The notes under the pieces: generated by a model
The model's database searches: none
What the model was told of the DNA's origin: nothing
Seen by the model: only the letters and a program-made list of their open reading frames with translations
Translations under genes and position numbers: made by a program
Shown here: piece after piece, positions 51,801 through 64,000 of the stretch
Position numbering within the stretch: position 1 is the stretch's first letter
Layout of the letters: each line of letters begins with the position of its first letter
Source of the DNA: Chrysomallon squamiferum
Lineage: Eukaryota > Animalia > Mollusca
Assembly (NCBI GenBank): GCA_012295275.1
Contig: CM022670.1
Location: forward strand, 35,836,001-35,900,000
Reading direction: 5' to 3'
DNA: 64,000 nucleotides

Positions 51801-54800
51801 CACTAGTAAATCTTTGTTAACATTCTGAAGGATACCATAATACTGCTTAATGACTCCTATCCATTATCACATTTTTAAATTTCTTAGTAGGTTTTTTTTT
51901 TTCTTAATTACCACTGAATCCTAAGAAAGTAACAACACCTGATTTTATTTAAGCCAACCTTTCTCCAAAAAAAGAAAGAAAAGATAAACAGTTAAAAAAA
52001 CCTACAGCAGTAACTTTTGATCCATCTTTTTTCCAGCTTAAAGCTGTAATTGTGTACAGGTTGGGAATCTCTTTCAGCTGTGGTTCATCCCACATCTGTC
52101 TTCTAGGACTCCAGTTGAACACACGCAGTCTTTAAAACAAAAGCAAACATACACCATGAATAGTATCTGCTACTGAAAGTAAGCTGAATCAGGTTATTAT
52201 TATTTTAATTGCATCTATATTAAAAACTTTGAAAACAGCTAATGTGGTAACATTCAGAAATGTTTAATTTTTGGACAGTACATAACTTGATGCCAATAAT
52301 AACACTGAAAAGATACTAAATAGTACATACCCTTTAACAAAAATTAAATTACAACAACCTTTTCAAATGTAACTTAATTTTAGGGTTTATAAACTTTGGT
52401 TTGATGTGAAAACAGTTCTGGACAAATTTCATGACAATTACAGTACATTTTCACTTCTAACAAAGCTTTAAAATTATACAGTAAAACTGTAAAACATAAC
52501 TACAATCATACCTGTCAAAACTACCAAACACAACAGACTGTCCTCCAGGGGCACAGATAGCTGTGGTGAATTCATGTTCATCATCTTCACGACTGTAATC
52601 AAAGTGCTGGAAACTGCGACCGTCTCGGCCATAGGCAATGATTCTCTTGTCACAACCAGCAGCTACAATGGCATTCTGGGAATATGCCAAAGCATATGGA
52701 GGGCAAGGGTGTGAACAGAGTTTACCCTAAACAAAAGAATAAATATGGAATACTAATAAAATGAATGCAGAAATTAAAATATGTCCAAAACAGTAAAATA
52801 CAATGTTAAAAGATGTTCATTTTAGTTGTTTGATACATCAAACATGTAAAACATTCAAGATAAATTTTAAATGTTTTAATTATTTATATATGTATTAAAT
52901 GATAGGATGGTAGAAATAAATAATTATATATAACTGATTGTAATTCACACCTTTAATTTTAACAAACTGGCTGTTAGTATTGTAGCTGCTATTAAATTTT
53001 CATTTGTTGAAAATACTGTAAATTAAACAGACCTGTCTGTCACCAGAACCTTCATCATCAAAGAAAAACCTCACAATAGAACCATCAGCATGTCCTGACA
53101 GAAACCCCTTGCCAGAAGGACTGCAAGTTACAAAGGCAAAATAAATAAATAAATAAACAGAAAACAACTACCAATTCAAGATAAGCTCCAATATAATGAA
53201 AACAACAAAGGGATAGCCAAATCATATCTTTATTTAATCAATACATTATAATTTATTTTATTTTTTTTTAAATCCAGAGAATTATATATAAAATGACATA
53301 TGAGAAAGATTTAACAAAACTTACTTTGCTGCAAGAGATACAACATAGGAATCAGTTCCATATATTGTAGATGACTTGTTTGTTCTGGTATTGGCTGACC
53401 GAACCTAAAATATAACATGCAAACAAACTACAATATACTATAACCAACAGATAAACAATACATAATTTCCCTCAAATCAACGTAATTTCTATTGTCTTTA
53501 TTTAATAAAATTTCTCTTTACAAATGACTTACTTTCAATTTATAACATCATTGTAAAACAACTTGTTTTATCTATCCCACAAAACCAGAATGTGTTTAAT
53601 ATAAATACACATTACCTTTCCATCAGCAAGGCCAAACACTATGGGTTGTTCTGGTGGCCAAATCAAGCATGTGACAGCACTCTGCTGAATAAACTTGTTG
53701 CATATAACCTTTTTATCTCCCCTGAAATATTTGAATTTTGTTACAGTGTTTACTGGTATTAAAACATCTCAGTAAATATATTTTCTACATTTTAATATTG
53801 AAATATTTTTAAAATTAATTATTTGTACTATTTGCTTTTGGATAAACAATATTCTGCACAAAGTTGAAACTTAATTTTTGTTTAACAATTTGAGTCTTCA
53901 TAATAAATGGAAAAACTGGCTATATAAAATGATTTTTTAAACATCCAACACAGGTAAAAATATTTTAATGAATTATATTTACTTAAAACTAAATGGGAAT
54001 GAAAAATGTTACTTTGACAATGAAAGTGTAAGAATTTTACAATGTATTTATTGATATAATCTGAATTCAATATTACCTACAGACCATAAAAACTATTTAT
54101 GCAACATGTATCGGGACAAAATTAAGTGATCATTAACAAATTAATATTCTCGAGCACACAAAAAGATAAAAATAAAATTTAAAATTATTAATTTTAAGAT
54201 TTCTGCAAGCTGTAAGATAACAAATACTACAAACCATGTTTCTCCAATTTTGTAGACATATATTATGTTGTCTGTTTGTCCCACAGCAAGTTTGGTTGAA
54301 TCTGGAGAAAATGCTAAACCTTTTACAGTGTAGCTTTTCTTTCCAAACTTGAAAAAAGAAATGAAAAGAAAAGAAAAGGTAAATAAAAGAAGAGAAATAA
54401 AAAGATCTTTAAAATTTCAAGATATACTATACAAATAATATAAAAATACCTGTTTACTATAAATGTAAGCATTTCATTTTTATCCTGACAGCAACTGCAG
54501 TTACATAATTACAAAATGAATTTCATGTTACAATTTATTAATGAAAGCCATGAGGAGAATCTTAATGTACAGTAAAGGATGAAATTAATTATTAAAATTG
54601 ATTTTTCAGCAGTTTCAGAAAATTGCAAAATTGAAAAATGTAATTAAATATTACCTTGGGATCAGCTGGTTTTAGAGAAAATTTATCTCGTTTTTCACCT
54701 TGTTCATCATAAAGAAGGACAACTCTGTCTGATGTACACACTGCCAGTTTCTGGTTGCTGTGTGACCATGCCAACACACAAACCTTTGCAGCACCATCCT

Positions 54801-55546
54801 GTAATGGAGAAATAAATCTTTCACAACTGATATGAAATATTATAATGATAATATTATTTCCTACTTTAAAATTCTGTAAACATTTTGTTTAGATTATACG
54901 TAATTAGTTTCATTATCACATAGACAGAAAATCAGAATGTAAATTGTAATAAAATACAAGTCTAGAAATAAATTATATTCATTTTAGCACAGTTTCAATT
55001 TTATGTTAACAAGTTTTTTTTTATATGTAGGAAAGTTCTTTTCATTAAAACTTATATCAGAATCAGTTAATTACTGATTTTAAAAAAAGAGGAAAAAACA
55101 TCTTGTTTATTTATTTTGTTTTTGTTTTTAACCTAACATTTAATCAAATAAAATACATGAAATTAACTGCTAAATAACACATTAATAATTTAATTAACAG
55201 AAAACGTATTACCCAATAAATATTCTCATAATTCTGAGTATTCAAAGTAAATTGCATTCATCTTTCAAGTTACATTTATAAAGAATTGTATGAAAACTCG
55301 GTTTTAATTAATATTAATTTTGAATTCGATTTTCGATATTCGAAAAATATCTCAGCTAACAGTTACTAATAACAAGTTCAAAAACAAATCTAAAATAAAG
55401 CTGAAGATACGATGACTGGATGAGGATCGTTGATCACTCGATACAATTTATTATTATTAGAACCAAGTGCGAAACCGCTAAAATACAACATCGAAAAAAC
55501 AAAATACCTGTGGTGTCAGCAGTGTCTTAATGTGTTTTAGCTGCAT
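26882..55546 (-). CDS. IFT172: Intraflagellar transport protein 172 (WD40 + TPR), 49 coding exons, ~1751 aa
   Basis: Starts [13 protein letters not shown]|DGAAKV..., ends ...[15 protein letters not shown], and is collinear with human IFT172 as I recall it (e.g. [56 protein letters not shown]). Exons 5'->3': 55508-55546, 54655-54798, 54235-54347, 53616-53721, 53325-53404, 53033-53120, 52512-52726, 52006-52129, 51675-51770, 51158-51319, 50682-50735, 50338-50441, 50049-50134, 49676-49740, 49400-49447, 49035-49100, 48363-48464, 47796-47932, 47229-47336, 46814-46898, 46430-46522, 46189-46266, 45621-45701, 45195-45290, 44687-44758, 44306-44384, 43857-43977, 43451-43595, 43035-43124, 42411-42508, 40985-41120, 40120-40236, 39748-39890, 39285-39443, 38429-38609, 37702-37811, 34796-34931, 34251-34349, 33902-34011, 33343-33406, 33013-33099, 32337-32453, 31875-31985, 31148-31363, 30533-30592, 28515-28613, 27891-28044, 27288-27379, 26882-26971 (sum 5256 nt). 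Confidence 0.97.
28451..28501. repeat. (TAA)n microsatellite in IFT172 intron
   Basis: Direct reading. Confidence 0.9.
28872..28916. repeat. (TG)n microsatellite in IFT172 intron
   Basis: Direct reading. Confidence 0.95.
36732..36871. repeat. Imperfect ~140-bp palindrome (MITE-like hairpin) in IFT172 intron
   Basis: CTGGTTACTGTCT (36736-48) / AGACAGTAACCAG (36855-67) and AATGGCCCAAT (36779-89) / ATTGGGCCATT (36813-23) are perfect inverted pairs around the same centre (~36801). Confidence 0.75.
37995..38400. repeat. Degenerate direct repeats in IFT172 intron
   Basis: AAAAGTGGTTT..AA.ATTCCA at ~38051 and ~38341; GAATGAAACAG.TAT...ATCAG at ~38125 and ~38255. Confidence 0.55.
41178..41437. repeat. 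~93-bp direct repeat (2 copies, 41178-41270 and 41345-41437)
   Basis: TAATGA..ACA.ACAAATCTATACA.GTTT.CTTTGCAA.GCACTATAATAAAATGGTTTA.TAAAATGTAATGCAA.TGTTTCCTCC occurs twice. Confidence 0.9.
41449..42015. repeat. Long inverted repeat (arms ~41449-41690 and ~41738-42015) built from a ~27-bp AT-rich minisatellite
   Basis: AATATTAATTCAATAAAATGTACTCCAGGAGTTTATTTTATTTATTAAAA ending at 41690 is mirrored from 41738. The outer ends AAAATGTACCACAATAATTTATTGTAATA / TATTACAATAAATTATTGTGGTACATTTT also mirror. The unit ~ATAAAATGTACTACAATAATTTATTTA continues to ~42210. Confidence 0.9.
42811..42854. repeat. (CA)22 microsatellite
   Basis: Direct reading. Confidence 0.95.
43125..43450 (-). other. Non-canonical GC-AG intron of IFT172
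   Basis: Donor GAG|GCAAGT joins ...GEYE to TAEKFY (human QEYE-IAEELY); the nearest GT, 4 nt further in, would shift the frame. Confidence 0.85.
45153..45191. repeat. 20-bp tandem duplication next to a splice donor
   Basis: TGTTAAGTGAACAATGACA twice. Confidence 0.85.
48740..48920 (+). mobile_element. Possible decayed SINE remnant in IFT172 intron
   Basis: GTCATATAAAGGATCCTTTACTGTTGATCAGGAAAGAATAG...GTAGCAGAAGCAAGTTTTCTCT...GTGCTGAGGT resembles, from memory only, the body and tail of gastropod tRNA-derived SINEs; not verified by search. Confidence 0.35.
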
Positions 55547-55652
55547 TACTGTGATAGAATCTCATCTATTATTTGTCAAAATTCTAGATATCATTAAATG
55601 TGTGCGAACTTCTAAATTCTGTCAATTCAAGAAAGCACTTGTTTATGGAATG

Positions 55653-55676
55653 CTGGCAACAGGGTTGCTATAAAAC
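55653..55676. promoter_or_regulatory. RFX X-box-like motif(s) upstream of IFT172
   Basis: GTTGCTATAAAAC (55664-55676) plus adjacent half-site CTGGCAAC (55653-55660), ~110-130 bp upstream of the IFT172 ATG. X-boxes at this distance are the established signature of IFT genes. Confidence 0.6.
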
Positions 55677-56050
55677 AATAAATGTACTTTTGTGGAAAAG
55701 GAACGCGACAAAATTGAACATATTTTAAACATGTGCATAACATATATAAAATATTGTTTCATCAACATAAATAAACTTTAAATCTTAATTAAAGATGGTA
55801 TGAAAATAAAATTTTAACTATAATTGCACATTATAAATATTTCTGTGATTGAAGGATTCTCAATTTTATATATAATGAACCTAAAATCCTGTAGTTTCGT
55901 ATTTTACTCTTTATGTAATTATATTAATACATAATTTTGTAATCAAAAGCAAAATACCATGGATATTTTTTTAATTCTTATTCATGTTACTATAATGTTA
56001 TTTCAAAAATAAATTTAATACGCAAGTAACTATGATATATGTAAACAAAT

Positions 56051-58071
56051 ATGGCGGGATTTAGGTTGAGGCATTTTGTTGTGCCACCAAATATTTTACG
56101 ATTGCTGGAAATGGTATGTTGTCTGAAAATTATTTTAATTTGATCAGATAACAAATACTCTTATAATAATATATGTTTTGATTACAAAATATACTTTAAT
56201 GATTTACACAGATAATTGCAGTGATAATGATTATATAATAATTAATATTGAATTCAGAATTGATGATTGTCAATAGACTGGAAATTGTTCATTTATCATT
56301 GATTGATCATTGATTATCATGACAACTGTTATGGCCAGATATTGATAAGCGGAAGAGAGGGGGAAAAAAACGCATTAAGTTTAACGAAGTCTGTGTAAGA
56401 TACAGCTTTATGAACTCATATGTAAAGAAATAATTATTACTTTTATATTTTACTGTAGTCAGTAGTGTATTACTTATTGTTATTTACTATTACTATTAGT
56501 ATTACATATTTATATTAATATTTGCTTCACTTTGCTGAGATTAATTAGTTTTATGTTTAAAGTTACCATTATCACTCCATATTTCTGTTTGCATTGCTTT
56601 TTCAATTAATTAAAAGCAAAGATCTAAGATATAGATGATATTCATATTATTCATATTGAATATTAAATTTAAAACCTTTTCCTTTCCTTTTTTGTTAATA
56701 TTCTGTTTATTCTGTAAATCTGTTTTTCAGTTATGCAGCATTGTTGCTTTTTCCTTAGTATTTGGATGGAAGAGTGAAGGAGTAACATATCAGCAACTTG
56801 ACAGAAATGATTATGATGTAGTAAACAACATTAACTTTTTCCTTGGAATGTCAGTGTTAACTTTGTTAATAGTTTCTTTACTGTGTCTGACGGTACTTAT
56901 CAAACCAGTTTACCTTTCACCATGTTTTGTAAGTATATCATTAACAGATCAGTCTGTAACTCAGTTATTTTTATCCCAGTGTAATAAAATTAATATATTT
57001 TATTTGTCACGTTCATGTGAACATTATATATTCTCAGTCTGCAATATGTTGATTAAAACTTTTAGAAATTTAACCTCAACATTTTAATATTATTGTTAAT
57101 TTTTATTTATTTATTTTATTTATATTGCAAATTATTGGATCTACTTAATTAAACAGTTATAATATCAAACATAAATGTTTTTCATTTTTTTCTTGATATT
57201 TCAAATTACTGACCTGGTTACTTATCAGTAATATTAATCAGAGATTTATTATATATTTTTTTTTAAAAATTTCAGGACGTGATTATTAATCTTCTGCTTG
57301 GTGGTTTCTTGCTAATAGCAGCCATTGTGTTGAGTTCTTCTTTAACACATCTTGGTGATTCTGTCACTGTGAAAGAAGCTGGTCTCACATTTTCTGGCAT
57401 GGAAGGAGCTATTGTAAGTTACCACTGAAACCATGTTTTTTGCCACATTACTAAGATTTATTTTTTTTTTATTTTTTTTTAAATAACAAATTTATTTTTT
57501 TGGGGATTTGTTTATACTTCGTAATTTAAAAAAAAATCATATTTTAGTTTGAAAAGCATCTTTCTTCTAATGATAGATTTTGAAAGCAATATTTATTTTT
57601 TTATAATAAAAATTTGTTTAAATCAATACATATTATATATTTTCTACACAAAAAGGATTGTTGTTAAACTGTCAAAATTGAAATGTATTAATCCATCATC
57701 AAAAAAAAAAAAAATAATAATAATAATAATTTAAAAAAATTAAAAGCTTAATTGTTAGAAAAAATTTCATGTATAAAAATAATAAAGGTTTGCCATGAAA
57801 TTATAGGTTGAGTCTCAGATTATAAAAAAATTTAGAAGCCTAACTTTCTATTTAATATTGAAATGGTTTTATACATTCATATTTGACACAAGATTTACTG
57901 ATAAAACATAAATTGTTTAAATAATTATTTTTTCAGGCATTTGGCTTCATCTGTTCTTTGTCCCTGGCAGGAAATAGCTGGTTTGCTTATCAGTCCCACC
58001 GACGACGTAGTGATCTCCCCTTGAACCAGAGTCATGCCAACGCAAGCCTGCCTGTGGATATTCCAACATGA
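56051..58071 (+). CDS. MARVEL-domain four-transmembrane protein (CMTM/plasmolipin-like), 4 exons, 177 aa
   Basis: Exons 56051-56113, 56731-56928, 57276-57413, 57937-58071, all phase 0 GT-AG. Protein: MAGFRLRHFVVPPNILRLLEM|LCSIVAFSLVFGW...NFFLGMSVLTLLIVSLLCLTVLI...CF|DVIINLLLGGFLLIAAIVLS...EGAI|AFGFICSLSLAGNSWFAY...DIPT*. Four hydrophobic helices, with the MARVEL-like LRLLE start and AxxFGF in TM4. Confidence 0.8.
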
Positions 58072-61000
58072 AATGATAATAAATAATTTTCTTATTTCTA
58101 TAATTTTGTAGAATGTAAAGTTAACTGATTACTTTATTAATATTAGTAATAGTTAACGTATGAAAAATTCTTTCAAGGATAGTGCTTTGATTTTGATTTT
58201 GATTTTCAACGTGATTAAAAAAATAATGGATAATAAGTTGCACTAAAAAAAATATGTTTAGAGTAAATAATTCTAGAGAAAATATTGGTTAATTTTCAAA
58301 AAATAGTAACAGCAAATCTCAAACACATCATTAAAATATAATGCTCTTATGAAATCTGTAAGCAAGTAATTATTAAATTTTAATCATGTGCTGACTGATA
58401 TTTGTGTTAAATTTAGTATTGTTGTGTGTGTAACTGTAGCAACGATTGTTATATGTAATTTACAACTCAGATTAATTGGGTTTTTATGTGTATCAAGATT
58501 AATTCTATTCAGCAAGAAATACATACATATCAGATTTTTGTTTCTTTTGGACTAAAATTCCTGGAAGTGTGTTGAAAGTTAGCTTTTCATATATCTTCAT
58601 TGTTAGTAACTGCATTGCAGTAACTGTGTTCTGTCGTAATATAGTTAGTAAAACAAAACAGAATGATTATAACAGAATATTTAAAATCATTATTATATCT
58701 TCATAATCTAGGAAATTGCATTTATAAATAATTTCTTATATTGTTGCAGTATGTTTATTCACAACATTAACACTTCTTGTTTTAATGATTTTAAAATAGT
58801 TGTTTCCTACATTAGGCATATATAAATGCTATAAAGAGTATTACATATAAACAACATTCACTGCATACATCAGAAAATATTTTTTTATTTATTTATTTTT
58901 TATTTTTTTACAAAACTTACTAATCAGATACCATTGAGAATCAAAAAGAATTACTACTTTAATGCATAAAACATTTAACAGTCTTGATAAGCAGGATTAA
59001 TACAATTTCATTATTTTTTATTATTATTTATTTATTATTTTGATTTAGTTTTTGCAAATGAAATATATGTTATCATTTTGTATTACTTCCGTGACTGAAA
59101 TTTGGTGGAAATGGTGTTTGTATGTATGTTTGGTATACTTCTATTAGTTTAATGTATAAAAACAATGGATTTTTTGGATTTTGTCATAGTTTTCAATTTT
59201 TAATAGCACAGTCAAGAGGTTTATGTTTTTGTTGAATGAACAAGAAGTGGAAAACAAACTACAGTTTTAAAAGTAAGTTACTCTTTATTATTAAACTGAT
59301 TATTATTGTTTCACAAGTTTTAATAATGAAGCAAATTTTTATTCTTGGACTGTTTTAACCTAGATTCTGGTATAAAAGTTACACTGTAAAATTATTTTAA
59401 CAGTTATACATACTTGTTTTATTTATTCCGTTACACAATTGTTGCATGATGGTGATATTTCATGATCAAGAGTTGAAAAATTTCTACATTCTACTTTCAC
59501 AGTGACATCATTCTAAGACATTTAGTTAATTTTTTATACAAGAAATTGGACTAGTAGCCAAATACTTGTTATTTTCAAAATTATGTTTTCTCGTGTTTCA
59601 TTTTGTTTATGCATTGTGTTTTGTTTTGTTGTTTGTATTTATTTAATTGTTTTGTTTAATTTGTTGCTGTTTTATTTATTTATATATTTATTGTTAATGC
59701 AAATAGTTTGCATTATAATTGATACATGAGCATCATATATTGTCTTTTATTTATGTTGTTATTTACAGTTTATTATTTAGTGCTATTTTGTATTTCCTTT
59801 GATTTAGAATCATCATAAAGAGAGATAAATATGTGTAGACAATATCTATTCTATATATTTGAATATTGTAATTAAATATACTGTTCATAGAAAAAAACTA
59901 AAGCATTGAATTTGATCATTTTGAAATAACTTAACCATTTATTATTATAAATATGAAATGTATTTGAAAATGTTATTGAATATGTACTAATATAAAATAT
60001 ATATAAAAAAATTAAATCAACTATGCCAATTGTAGAATTGCAATAAAATTGCATGTTATGAATATACATTTTAACAAAAATCCATTCCTAGAATTAATTG
60101 ATTTTATTATTATTATTTATAATTATTTTTAAAATTTAAAAATTTATTATTTTGTTTTATTTATCACATTTATTTACATCTGTTTTTTATTTTATTATTT
60201 GTTTGGCTTAATATTAGCCACTAATGGCGATAAATAACATGTTCAACAACTTCAGTGTTTAGAACAAATGAACATCCTACAAAGATGCCAATGTTAAATA
60301 AATGGACTTTTAAATATTTCATATGGTATAGCTATGTTGATGTTTTGTTTCTTTTTGCATATACATTCATTTATTTTTACTATTTTATCTTGTACGTATA
60401 TTTAAGATTGGTAGTGACTGAACAGAAATGTTATAATGTACACTAATGTTATTTATGTTGTTGTTATTGTTCATTGATACCTATCCATCCATGTTTATGT
60501 GCAATATTGTTCCAAAATAATGAAAGTAAAATAATTTGACGTGTCACAATTGCAGTGTAAAATGTTTTTTAAAAATTATCTTTCTTGGCATTTATTATAA
60601 TAATGTTATTTTTGTAATTGAATTTCAGCTTATTATTCTGAAGGGTTTTTGTACTGTAGAGATTTTTTGTTTAAAAAATTGTTGGTCACAATTATTATTT
60701 AACAATTTAAAAAAATAATTGAGAATACATACTGCCTAAAAATATATATATATATAAACAAATGAATAACACATGTAAATAAAATTGGTACTAAATATAC
60801 CTTTGGTAGTTTTATACAAGTAGCTTAAATATATTTTGTATATTTACTAGTTACTGTTTCATTTAATCTAATGTACACTCTTTTATAATAATAAAATTTG
60901 AATGTAAAATAACAAGCTCAAGACTATGAGGATGTATTTTTTCTTTTTATTTTGTCTCTGTTAGAAATAATATAAAACCTGTTAGACTGAGGATACTGTA

Positions 61001-61258
61001 ACCTTGTACTGATTCACTCAGGCTATAGGTGATTTTTCTTTTCATTTTTCATTTTGTTATTTATTGTTTAATGTCTCAAAATACAATATGCCAGATAGTT
61101 ACTGAAGTGATGTGTCAGGTATACAATGAACAAAAGAGGTTACTTTGATCAGATGATCTCAACTTTAACTATATTTATCAAATGAATTTACTCAGGACCA
61201 TTAAAAATTGTATAAATTATCTGCATTCCACATCCCCAAAATCATTTTGTTTTTGTTT

Positions 61259-61289
<31 letters not shown>

Positions 61290-62180
61290 AATTATGACTT
61301 AGGATATAACAGGATTATACATTTGTATAATCTACATACATTTCATCATTTCCTGTTTTCTTTTGATATTGTTAGCTATTTGTTGTAGATGAATAAAGTT
61401 TTGTGAATACATAAATTTTATTCTTAGTGTTGTCATTTATGTTGGATGCTCAATCCATATATCATTGACAGCTGGTAAGGATTGACTTCTTGCAGGTTTT
61501 TTTTTTTAAATGTAATACATTTAGTCTTATAGAAATGCAGCATAATAACATTTTTATAAACATATAATGTTCAATTATTCAATATTCATAAAAGTTGCCT
61601 GTTAATATTTAACACAATAATGTCACAAAACCCCAGAAATGCCAATATTCATTAAATGCACAATGAACTGATATTTTTACTTCTAAAAAAAAGAATTAAA
61701 GCATAAAGGAAAATAACAGAACTAGTTGAATAAAAACTACTTATAATTGTAATATATAAATATTTGTTTAGTCTGTCAGGATTTTATTATTGTGATTATG
61801 TATCACTCGTTTAACAACAACTTACAATTTTATGTGTGATAGAAGACTTGTTTTAAGTAATGAACAACAACAACAAAATTATAAATAAATAAATAAAAAT
61901 ACTTTCGTGTAAAAAACAGGTATAACACATCAAATACGTTTCCATTCAAACTGAAAAGAAACATTATCCACTGTTTGTCTCCCTTTGTTAATAGCACTTC
62001 ATTAAAACCTGAAAAGAGTATGCCTTTTCTATTTCGGTGAACTAGTATGTTAATTGTTAAATTAGCATTAAACTCATCCTGAACGTTTTCTGAAATTATA
62101 TTCACAAGGATTATACTAACAACATGGGAGATCACATTTGACTGTTAAATATTTAATGGAAACTGTTATTAAAAGACTGA

Positions 62181-63482
62181 TCATCTTTTTAACACAGTTT
62201 TGTTAGTTTTAGGACACAAAGCGTTGGTTGGCTGTTTTACTTTTCCCATTTCCCGAGAATCACTTTGCCAGCCGGGTATCCATTCTTTTTTATCTCTGGT
62301 ATCAGACAACACTGAAGGGAAATTCATCTGATTGTTTTTATTCGTTTTCACGCCAGCAGATTTAGGTCCGCCAAAAGCTGCTCGAAATCCACCTCTCGAA
62401 ATCGAATCTCGACTGTGACCAGGACTTGACTGTCTAGCACGACTGTTTATATTTAGTGTGATTTGGTCGTAGCTGCGTCTGGCATTTGTAACAATTGTTC
62501 TTGGATTGTGAGGCGTCCTTGCAGTGTTTGGCACGACCATCTGGTGGATGTTGAGCTGACTGTTGGATCTCTGCTGTATGTGAGAGTACTGGCGCTGTGT
62601 TGGTTGTGGAGACTCGGGAACTGCATTCATCAACAAATTCTTAATATCCCTGACATCATCGGACATTTCTTTGTTTTGTTCTCTCATTGTTTTCATTTCC
62701 TCGTAGTTCTGATTCATGACCTCTCTCATTCGTTCGACTTCTTGTCGCATTGCTTTTGTTGCTTTGTCCAGTTCCTCTTTGAACTTCTTTTGCATACTCT
62801 TTTGAAAACCTTCTATTTCCATAATTTTCAAGTTTTGGTCATCAATGATACGTTTAGCTCTTTTTAGTTCGTCTTCCATTACGACTATTGTGTGTTTAAG
62901 GACTTTTATCTGCTGTTTGAGATGGGTTATTTCTGCATTTTGCTCTTTATATAATGAGTCTGATTCCAAGTGCTTCTTTTCTTCTCGTAATTTTCTAACC
63001 TCTTTTCGAAGATTGTTAGCATACTCTTCTGACTGATTCACCAACAACCTCAGTTCTTCCAGTTCCTTTATTTTTTCTTGAATTATATTATCTTTTTCGT
63101 TTCCAGCTTCAACGAGAATAGATATTCGTTCATCACGATTTACCATAGAATCCTTCAGTTCCTCTATTTCATGTTCCTTCATTTCAATTTCCCGTTCTTT
63201 TTCTTCCTTTATTCTCTCTTTTTCAGACATGTGGTGTTTATCTTCAATGTCCAAACGTAAACGCAGAGCATCAATTTGAGCTTCTAAACTTTTGTTCATG
63301 GAGATGACACTCTGGACCATGTTGTAAGTCTCTCCAGAAAAACCACTTTTTGACTCGTCTGAATGCGTGGAGTCTGACGAAGGTGTGGAGTCTGACGAAT
63401 CCAAAGTCACATGTTTATTTGGTTCTTGAACTCCATCGTTTCGAGGGTTAATGCCCGTCCCTTCTATTGTGAGAGTGTTGGA
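62181..63482 (-). CDS. Terminal exon (433 codons + stop) of an uncharacterised coiled-coil protein; upstream exons probably right of the window
   Basis: ORF 62181..63410 extends in frame to acceptor cacttcag| at 63483-84. ~225 aa E/K-rich heptad region (SLEAQIDALRLRL...DDVRDIKNLLM) followed by a basic, disordered tail. Confidence 0.8.
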   Translation of the reverse strand, partial: SNTLTIEGTGINPRNDGVQEPNKHVTLDSSDSTPSSDSTHSDESKSGFSGETYNMVQSVISMNKSLEAQIDALRLRLDIEDKHHMSEKERIKEEKEREIEMKEHEIEELKDSMVNRDERISILVEAGNEKDNIIQEKIKELEELRLLVNQSEEYANNLRKEVRKLREEKKHLESDSLYKEQNAEITHLKQQIKVLKHTIVVMEDELKRAKRIIDDQNLKIMEIEGFQKSMQKKFKEELDKATKAMRQEVERMREVMNQNYEEMKTMREQNKEMSDDVRDIKNLLMNAVPESPQPTQRQYSHIQQRSNSQLNIHQMVVPNTARTPHNPRTIVTNARRSYDQITLNINSRARQSSPGHSRDSISRGGFRAAFGGPKSAGVKTNKNNQMNFPSVLSDTRDKKEWIPGWQSDSREMGKVKQPTNALCPKTNKTVLKR

Positions 63483-63529
63483 CTGAAGTGAAAAGATAAA
63501 ATGAAAATGATTAGGTTTTTATTCTTTCA

Positions 63530-63840
63530 TGTGTGTGTGTGTGTGTGTATGTCTGTATGTGCACGTGTTTGTATACAAACATACATACATGCATATATAT
63601 GTGTATGTGTTTGTTAATTAAAACATGAATTCTTCTTATAATTATAAATTATAATTAACGTTTTCGCTCATAAACATGCACAGTGCATCTACATACATTC
63701 ACAACTAACTACAGACGTGCAAAATACTAACACACATACATGCTCACACACACACTCGCACGTACACATACACACGTACATACAAACGTAGGCATTGCAG
63801 ACTAAAACGAATATAGTGTGTGTGTGTGTGTGTGTGTGTT
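63530..63840. repeat. Compound (TG)n/(CA)n low-complexity intronic region
   Basis: TG runs at ~63530-63548 and ~63816-63838; degenerate CA runs at ~63730-63785. Confidence 0.8.
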
Positions 63841-64000
63841 TGTGATAATGATCTGATGTTGCTGTTGTTATTAGTGAATTTTTCGATTTCTGTGTAGATG
63901 TATTTAATTACTATCTACATAATTTACATTAATACTGGTTTTCATTAATGCTGCAAATACATTATTGCCTACAGTGACACACTTGTTAACTTTATTATTA

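Noticed and set aside
26882-55546. U12-type (AT-AC) introns or missing exons in IFT172
   Set aside because: All 48 introns resolve as GT-AG or one GC-AG, and the total length matches a full-length IFT172.
62463-63260. Plus-strand ORFs overlapping the coiled-coil exon
   Set aside because: Antisense shadows of the real minus-strand exon.

Overview
AT-rich, intron-rich eukaryotic (animal) DNA; a marine invertebrate such as a mollusc is my inference. I reconstructed exons by hand from splice sites and reading frame. Five protein-coding loci are visible. (1) The 5' end of a minus-strand gene running off the left edge (361-3008), a diverged tandem paralog of locus 2. (2) A complete 18-exon minus-strand HELZ2-like gene (7604-22077, ~2083 aa) with an intact RNase II/RNB domain and one C-terminal UPF1-like SF1 helicase. 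A helical, TPR-like N-terminus sits where canonical HELZ2 has zinc fingers and a first helicase. (3) A complete 49-exon IFT172 (26882-55546, minus, ~1751 aa) with one GC-AG intron and an X-box-like promoter motif. (4) A 4-exon, 177-aa MARVEL-type membrane protein gene (56051-58071, plus), head-to-head with IFT172. (5) The last exon of a coiled-coil protein gene (62181-63482, minus). Both HELZ2-like paralogs have STAT (GAS) and IRF (ISRE)-type motifs just upstream, which suggests a duplicated, virus-inducible RNA-degrading effector family. Non-coding structure includes a ~1 kb TIR-bounded element, a ~570-bp intronic minisatellite palindrome, a small MITE-like hairpin and many microsatellites. 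No rRNA, tRNA or CRISPR was recognised.
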